In this document: positions 57,951 through 64,000 of the stretch, one piece after another
How the letters are laid out: every line of letters begins with the position of its first letter
Position numbering within the stretch: position 1 is the stretch's first letter
Source: Myxococcota bacterium
GTDB taxonomy: Bacteria; Myxococcota_A; UBA9160; SZUA-336
Direction of reading: 5' to 3'
Assembly (NCBI GenBank): GCA_965247115.1
Contig: CBDFGR010000002.1
Span: 224,001-288,000, forward strand
DNA: 64,000 nt
Made by a program: the position numbers and the translations under genes
Notes under the pieces: model-generated
Seen by the model: the letters and a program-made list of their open reading frames with translations, nothing else
Databases searched by the model: none
Told to the model about the DNA's origin: nothing

Positions 57951-59215
57951 AGCGCCTCTTCCTCGCGCAGCTGCACGATCTCCGACTCGCGATAGCCCAA
58001 GCGCCGGAGGACGTCGTCTGTGTGCTCTCCGAGCGCAGGGGCGCCGCGGCGCACGCTCCAGCCAAGTCGGCGCAGCTGGAACGGCAGGCCCTCGTAGTGG
58101 CGCGGTCCGAGCTCCGCGCTCGGTGCCATCGGGTAGAAGCCGCGTGCGTCCAACTGCTGGTCGCGCTCCATCTTGTCCTGCGTCGTCTGCGCTACGCCTG
58201 CGGGGACGCCGCGAGCCTGGAGTGCGTACATGAGCTCGTGCGGCTCGCGGCTCCGCGTGCGGGCCTCGATGGCCCGGTCGAGCTCGCCCTGGTTCGCCAC
58301 GCGCGCGGCGTTCGTCGTGAAGCGCGCGTCGGTATCGATCTCCAGCGCGTTCAGCACCTCGCACAGCGCTTGCCACTGTGCGTCGGTCTCGGCAGCGATC
58401 GCGATCCAGCGATCGTCTCCTGCACAGCGGTACGTGTTGTGCGGCGCCACGTTCGGAAAGCTCGAGCTATTGCCGCTGCGTTCCGATGACCTCCCGTTGA
58501 TCTGGCGGTCGAGCATCTGCACGCCGCACATCATCATCCCCGTCTCCACCTGGGAGAGATCGATGCGTTGCGCACCTGCCCCCCGGGCGCGCTGCCGGAG
58601 CGCCATCAGGAGCGCGATCGCGCCGTAGTAGCCAGCAGAGTGGTCGAGATAGGAGAAGCCCCAGCCGGCTGGCGGCTGATCCGGGAGTCCGGACAGGTAC
58701 GTCAGCCCGGAGACGGCTTGCGCCGTGGGTCCCCAGGTCACATAGGAGTGGTCGCGGCCCTCATGGCCGAAGCCCGAGAGCGACAGGTAGATCAGCTCGG
58801 GGTTCAGCTGGCGCAGCCGCGGCCACGAGAACCCCATGCGCTCGAACGCTCCCGGGCTGTAGTTCTCCGCGACGATGTCCGCCTCCGCGATGAGCCGCTC
58901 GGCCGCCTCGCGGCCGCCGGGGTGATGCAGATTGAGCGTGATTCCCAGCTTGTTGCGGTTCAGATTGTTGAAGAGGCCCGAGCGGTTGAGCGATCGCGCG
59001 CCATCCTTGGCCGGAACCGCGAAGCGCAGCGAGTCGAGGTAGTCCTCGTTCTCGATCCGGATCACCTCGGCTCCGAGGTCCGCCAGAATCCGCGTGGCCT
59101 GCGGACCGGCGACGATCCAGGTGAAATCGACGACCCGCACCCCTTCAAGCGGAAGCGGCCGGCCCCCGCTGTCGTCCTGCGGTTCCGAGTCGCGAGGGTC
59201 CCGGGTCTCCGCCAT
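57947..59215 (-). CDS. Class III CoA-transferase (CaiB/BaiF)
   Basis: LEGVRVVDF, LADLGAEVIRIE, NRNK, SYLD, APALGEHT. Confidence 0.9.
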   Translation of the reverse strand: MAETRDPRDSEPQDDSGGRPLPLEGVRVVDFTWIVAGPQATRILADLGAEVIRIENEDYLDSLRFAVPAKDGARSLNRSGLFNNLNRNKLGITLNLHHPGGREAAERLIAEADIVAENYSPGAFERMGFSWPRLRQLNPELIYLSLSGFGHEGRDHSYVTWGPTAQAVSGLTYLSGLPDQPPAGWGFSYLDHSAGYYGAIALLMALRQRARGAGAQRIDLSQVETGMMMCGVQMLDRQINGRSSERSGNSSSFPNVAPHNTYRCAGDDRWIAIAAETDAQWQALCEVLNALEIDTDARFTTNAARVANQGELDRAIEARTRSREPHELMYALQARGVPAGVAQTTQDKMERDQQLDARGFYPMAPSAELGPRHYEGLPFQLRRLGWSVRRGAPALGEHTDDVLRRLGYRESEIVQLREEEAL

Positions 59216-59313
59216 GCACGCTCCTCACGCTGTCGGCTCGTGTGAGCCTGCGTGCGCAGCGGGCTGGCTGTCAAGCTCGGGTAGAATCGGCCAGAGCGAG
59301 GAGGTCGCAAGCC

Positions 59314-60318
59314 ATGGAATCCAATCGCCAGATTGTGATCGCGGAGCTGCCCCGCGGGCCGCTCCAGGAGACTCACTTCGCGCTTCGCGAGGCTGCGCTT
59401 CCGCAGCCGGAGCAGGGAGAGGTCCTGTGCCAGACGCTCGCGCTCTCCATCGACGCAGGTTCGCGGGCCGGCCTGCAGGGCAGCGCGAGCTACGCGGGGC
59501 CGTCTCGCGCCGACGTCGTCATGACCGGAACCGCTGTCTCACGGGTGCTCCGCTCGAACTCGGCCACCCTCGCAGAGGGAGATCTCGTGACCTGTCCCGC
59601 GGGCTGGCAGGCGTACTCCGTCCACCCGGTCGCAGGCGTGAGCCGTGTCGAACCCACGGGTGCACCTTCCCAGTACCTTGGCGTCTTGGGCGGGACCGGA
59701 CTGACTGCGTACTTCGGTCTGCTCGACATCTGCGATCCCCAGCCCGGTGAGACGGTCGTGGTCTCCGCAGCCGCGGGCGCCGTTGGACACGTCGCGGGTC
59801 AGATCGCGCGCATCAAGGGCTGCCGCACCGTCGGGATCGCGGGGAGCGCTGAGAAGTGTGAGCTCCTGACGGAGCACCTCGGCTTCGATGCCGCCCTCAA
59901 CTACAAGGAGGACGACTTCCGCGCGGCGCTCAAAGAAGCGTGTCCCGATGGAATTGATGTGTACTTCGACAATACCGGCGGCGACATTCTGGGCCTGGCG
60001 CTCTTTCGTATGAACGAGCGCGGACGTATCTCGTGCTGCGGCGTCGTGTCGCAGTACGACACTGCCAGCCCGGCGTCTGGACCTCGCGGCGTTCCCGGCC
60101 TGCTCGTGAACAAGCGCCTGCGCATGGAGGGCTTCATCGTCTTCGACTACGAGAAGCGCTACGCAGAGGCTCGGGCCGAGCTCTCCGGCTGGCTCGAGAG
60201 CGGGGAGCTGATCGCGCTGGAAGACGTCTTCGAGGGACTCGAAGCGGCGCCGCGCGCTCTCGTGGACTTGCTGGCCGGCGGGAACGTCGGGAAGCGCGTC
60301 GTGCGCGTCGCCGACTAG
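59314..60318 (+). CDS. NADP-dependent oxidoreductase (CurA/PTGR family)
   Basis: GLTAYFGL, VVSAAAGAVG, GIDVYFDNTGG. Confidence 0.9.
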   Translation: MESNRQIVIAELPRGPLQETHFALREAALPQPEQGEVLCQTLALSIDAGSRAGLQGSASYAGPSRADVVMTGTAVSRVLRSNSATLAEGDLVTCPAGWQAYSVHPVAGVSRVEPTGAPSQYLGVLGGTGLTAYFGLLDICDPQPGETVVVSAAAGAVGHVAGQIARIKGCRTVGIAGSAEKCELLTEHLGFDAALNYKEDDFRAALKEACPDGIDVYFDNTGGDILGLALFRMNERGRISCCGVVSQYDTASPASGPRGVPGLLVNKRLRMEGFIVFDYEKRYAEARAELSGWLESGELIALEDVFEGLEAAPRALVDLLAGGNVGKRVVRVAD

Positions 60319-60323
60319 ACGCC

Positions 60324-60851
60324 GTGTCGGAGCCGCAACAGCACTTCGTGATCCGGGAGGCGGAGCCTGCCGAGTTCGCCACGATCGGGGCGCTGACGGT
60401 CGAGACCTACCTCGCGCTCGATGGCATGCCGCCGAGACAGGCCTTGCCGGCGTACTACGCGCAGCTCGAAGACGTCGAGGGTCGCGCAGCCCTGCCCGGC
60501 GTCACGATCCTGACCGCGACCAGCGCCGAGGGCGAGCTGCTCGGCGGCGTGACGTTCGTCCTCGATCTCGCGCACTACGGTGCGCCTATCGCGAGCTATC
60601 CTGATCGGGCCGCGGGCTTCCGCATGCTGGCCGTCTCCTCGACGGCGCAGGGTCGCGGTACGGGGCGTGCGCTCACCCTCGAGTGCCTGCGCCGGGCACG
60701 CGAGGCCCGCAAGCAGCACGTGCTGCTCCACACGACCGCGCTCATGAAGGCAGCGCAACACATCTACACGAAGCTGGGCTTCCGCAGGTTCCCGGAGCTG
60801 GACTTCGCCGCGCGTGGAATCGCGATCGAGGGCTTTCTGCTCGACCTGTAG
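60324..60851 (+). CDS. GNAT N-acetyltransferase
   Basis: RMLAV..AQGRGTG, AQHIYTKLGF. Confidence 0.85.
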   Translation: MSEPQQHFVIREAEPAEFATIGALTVETYLALDGMPPRQALPAYYAQLEDVEGRAALPGVTILTATSAEGELLGGVTFVLDLAHYGAPIASYPDRAAGFRMLAVSSTAQGRGTGRALTLECLRRAREARKQHVLLHTTALMKAAQHIYTKLGFRRFPELDFAARGIAIEGFLLDL

Positions 60852-60897
60852 GCGTCGTCTCTCCTGAGGGGAGCTGCCGCGGCACGTGCGGGAGTGC

Positions 60898-62496
60898 CTA
60901 CGTCTCTCGAACCTGCCTGGCTGAGGCTTCGGCTCGCGCCCCGACCGACCGAGCTGCCCCATCCTGCTCTGCCATGATCTCGGCCTGCACCTCCGCAACC
61001 TTCGCCTCCGTCAGGGGATAGGTCCACAGGAGTGGCATCGCGACGAATTTGAAGACCGCCGGAATAACGGAGTAGAGGCAGGCGAGCATGAATAGAGTGA
61101 ACTCCGAGTTCGTTGTGGCGCCCGGATCCGCCAGCGAGTCAAAGCCAGCAACGACCGCGAGCGTCAGCCCGACCCAGACTCCAAGAGCATAGGCCCCCTT
61201 GCGGATCATCGACCAGATCGAGAAGTAGACCCCGGCTCTCTGCTGGCCGCTGGTCGCCGTGTCGACGTCGATCACGTCCGCCAACATGGCCGAGGGCAGA
61301 GCCGACAGAGCGCCGACGGCAGAGCCCTTCAGAGAGATGATGAGGATGAAGAACAGGAGCTTGCCCGTGTCGATTCCCATGAAGCGGGCCTCGACGACCT
61401 CATACAGGGAAGCGGGCAAGAACGAGAGCAAGCGCGTTATCTCGAACGCGTCGAACCACGCGATAGGCGCTAGGGTGATCAGCGGAACGAAGGACGCCCA
61501 GAACGCGTACCAGCCGATCGCGATCATCGTGGCGCGATGCTTGCCGATCTTGCGGGACAGCTTGATCCACAGCGGAATCGCCGCCAGCTGGCACACGAAG
61601 TACGGCGCGAGGTAGAGACCGTAGAGGTCACCGGCAACGAGCACGTGCTTGACGAAGAAGAAGCTCAGGCTGTTCGTCATCGCGGCGCCGAGGCTCGAGA
61701 ACGCGAAGATGATGATCAGTCGCAGGGCGGGCCCGTTCCTGGCCACGTACTTCAGCCCCTGCCGGATCGGGATGCGTTCCTGCCTGCGCTCGACGACGGG
61801 CCACTCCGGCACCACGATGGTCGCATTCAGCACGACGAGCGGCATGAGCACGCACATGACGCTCACCAGCACAAAGACGGCGTCTGAGGGCTTCGTATAG
61901 CCGAAGAACAGGATGACGGCGGGAGTGAAGGCCGCGAAGAGAGCCCCGCCGACGGTGAAGCCCTCCTTCCAGCTCATGATCACGGTGCGCTCGTTGTAGC
62001 CCCTGGAGAGCTCTGCGCCCCACGCGCTGTAGGGCAGATCCTTGATCGTCGAGCCGAGGTAGACGACGACGATCATCAGGAACATCCACGTGTAGCCACT
62101 GGAGAACGACCAGCCCAGGAACTCGGTTTCCGTGAACTCGATGGGCGGCACGAACAGAAGCCACATCCCGAGCGCGAAGATGGGCGTGCCGAGCAGTACG
62201 AAGGGCTTGCGCCGGCCGATCGGGGTGCGGATCCGGTCCGAGATGAAGCCGATGAGGGGATCCGTCAGGACGTCCGTGAAGCGCGAGAGCACGATGAGAG
62301 TGCCCACCACCAGAAGCGAGAGGCCGAAGCCGTCCGGGTCCGCGTAGATGGCGGGCAGATACACCGCCATGGGCAGGCCGGCGAGTGCCAGTGGGGTGGC
62401 TGGCGCTCCGTACGACGCCATCACGAACTTGCTGAGGGGTCGCCGCTCGCCATCGGAGCGAGGCGCCTGCCCCTCTGGCTGGATCGCTTCGGCCAT
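60898..62496 (-). CDS. MFS / GPH family transporter
   Basis: DVLTDPLIGFISD, GRRKPF, PYSAWGAELS..YNER. Confidence 0.88.
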   Translation of the reverse strand: MAEAIQPEGQAPRSDGERRPLSKFVMASYGAPATPLALAGLPMAVYLPAIYADPDGFGLSLLVVGTLIVLSRFTDVLTDPLIGFISDRIRTPIGRRKPFVLLGTPIFALGMWLLFVPPIEFTETEFLGWSFSSGYTWMFLMIVVVYLGSTIKDLPYSAWGAELSRGYNERTVIMSWKEGFTVGGALFAAFTPAVILFFGYTKPSDAVFVLVSVMCVLMPLVVLNATIVVPEWPVVERRQERIPIRQGLKYVARNGPALRLIIIFAFSSLGAAMTNSLSFFFVKHVLVAGDLYGLYLAPYFVCQLAAIPLWIKLSRKIGKHRATMIAIGWYAFWASFVPLITLAPIAWFDAFEITRLLSFLPASLYEVVEARFMGIDTGKLLFFILIISLKGSAVGALSALPSAMLADVIDVDTATSGQQRAGVYFSIWSMIRKGAYALGVWVGLTLAVVAGFDSLADPGATTNSEFTLFMLACLYSVIPAVFKFVAMPLLWTYPLTEAKVAEVQAEIMAEQDGAARSVGARAEASARQVRET

Positions 62497-62584
62497 CGTC
62501 ACCACTCGTTCGCGGGCCGAGAATACCATGCCGGGCTCGCGCGGTTCCTGGCGGTCGGGCCCTGCCTCTCGCTACTCCAGCGAC

Positions 62585-63841
62585 CTAGCCGCGAGACCCT
62601 CCAGCTTCCCGGAGAGAGACGCCCTCAGCGGGCCGGGAGCGCGAAGTGAGCAGCGCAAAGCCGCAGACCATGGCGCAGACGACCAAGCCAAGGACGGCCA
62701 GGGCCCCGCGCTCGCCAATCGCATCCGCCACAACGCCGATCGGAAGCGCCATCAGGCCGAAGCCGCCAAAGGCGAGCATGGTGAGCGACATGACGCGTCC
62801 AAAGAAGATGGGGTCGGTGCTGCGCACGATCAGGGCCCCGTTGAGCGTCATGAATCCGCCGAAACCGAGACCGACGAAGAACACGGCAAGCGCGGCGACC
62901 TCGTACGACGGGGTCGTGGAGAGTACAACGATGCCGATCCCGAAGAGCAGGCCCATGCACCCGAACAGGACGGTGGCCACTCCGTGGTCCGCGTAGCGCG
63001 CTACCGCAAGGCTCGCTGTCAGGGCCCCGAGTGCGGAGACGAGGGAGAGGAACGCGAACGCCTCGGCTGGCTCACCGAGCTCGTTCTCGAGCAGACCCGG
63101 CATCACGGTGATGTACGGAAAGCCCACCATGATCACCATCACGTAGAGGAGCACGGACAAGCGCAGACGGGGACGATGCAAGACGTAGCGGAGCCCCTCC
63201 ATCACGTCCGCGAGCACTCTCGTCTCTCCAGCATCGGCGCGCATCCTTGAACGGGGGAGCAGCATCAACAGCGCAGAGGAAACGACGTACAGGGCAGCCA
63301 TGGCGCCGTACGCGCCGGCCGGTCCCGAGAAGCTCCAGTACAGAAGCAGGCCAGCGATGCCCGGTCCCAGCACCTGAGAGGCGGTGCTCGCTACCTGCGC
63401 GAGCGCGACCCCGTTGCCTCGCATTCGAGGCGGAACCAGGTCCACGACCAGCGCATGCCTGGCGGGTCCCACGAACGCGAAGCTGACTCCGATCAGGAAC
63501 GACCCGCCTGCCACGAGGGCGATGTGAATCGTATCCGTCGCGAATGCGATTGCGAGCGTCAGAAAGACTGCGGTCGGCACGGTCTGCGCCAACCCGACGA
63601 CTCGCCGCTTGGGCCAGCGGTCCGCGAGCGCGCCGCCCAGCGGACCCAGCGGGAACATGGCGAGTCCCTGCGCGAAGATGACTGCGCCGACCGCGGTGTT
63701 GCTACCGACGAGGTCGAACGCCACCACGCTCTGCACCACCGTCGACATGAAGAACGCGAGGAGCGCGAACGTGGTTCCAATCCAGAGAATCCGATAGTCC
63801 CGGAGTCGGAACGCGGCGAAGGTGGTCTCGAGCCAGGACAA
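62585..63841 (-). CDS. MFS transporter
   Basis: Many TM segments, GGALADRWPKR, FFGRVMS. Confidence 0.88.
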   Translation of the reverse strand: MSWLETTFAAFRLRDYRILWIGTTFALLAFFMSTVVQSVVAFDLVGSNTAVGAVIFAQGLAMFPLGPLGGALADRWPKRRVVGLAQTVPTAVFLTLAIAFATDTIHIALVAGGSFLIGVSFAFVGPARHALVVDLVPPRMRGNGVALAQVASTASQVLGPGIAGLLLYWSFSGPAGAYGAMAALYVVSSALLMLLPRSRMRADAGETRVLADVMEGLRYVLHRPRLRLSVLLYVMVIMVGFPYITVMPGLLENELGEPAEAFAFLSLVSALGALTASLAVARYADHGVATVLFGCMGLLFGIGIVVLSTTPSYEVAALAVFFVGLGFGGFMTLNGALIVRSTDPIFFGRVMSLTMLAFGGFGLMALPIGVVADAIGERGALAVLGLVVCAMVCGFALLTSRSRPAEGVSLREAGGSRG

Positions 63842-63870
63842 GGCGGGCCAGGATACCCGCTCGAGCGTCC

Positions 63871-64000
63871 TCAGTCTTCCTGCAGGGCGCGAAGGGCCGC
63901 TTGCATTTCTTCCGGTGAGACGTCGCGGGTGTGCTCGTGAAAGCTCCAGAGATGTCCTTCGACGTCGCGGACTTCGTATCGACGATCGCCCCAGAACTGA
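63871..64000 (-). CDS. VOC/glyoxalase family protein (3' part)
   Basis: QFWGDRRYEVRDVEGHLWSF. Confidence 0.7.
   Translation of the reverse strand, partial: QFWGDRRYEVRDVEGHLWSFHEHTRDVSPEEMQAALRALQED

Overview
High-GC bacterial chromosome segment interrupted by a ~44-kb temperate podovirus-like prophage (11392-55375). Left flank: partial Mo-hydroxylase large subunit and 2Fe-2S subunit (4-hydroxybenzoyl-CoA reductase-like), benzoate-CoA ligase, boxC, boxB, threonine dehydratase, D-amino acid dehydrogenase, and an ATP-dependent DNA ligase with an in-frame amber stop. Right flank: yihY, two class III CoA-transferases, NADP oxidoreductase, GNAT, two MFS transporters and a partial VOC gene. The prophage is bounded by an 11-bp core (CGGATTCGGAG). 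It carries the 3' half of tRNA-Arg(CCG) but sits in a tRNA anticodon-arm mimic inside yihY. Its attP lies inside the integrase gene, so integration swaps the integrase C-terminus. Prophage cargo: four DNA methyltransferases, a ParB/HEPN-like + Dam pair, a C5-MTase / HhH-GPD glycosylase / PD-(D/E)XK nuclease operon, a lysis cassette with two M15 peptidases and a phospholipase A2-like protein, and an Acb2/Tad1-like candidate anti-defence domain. All family calls are from motif recognition by eye; no database searches were run.
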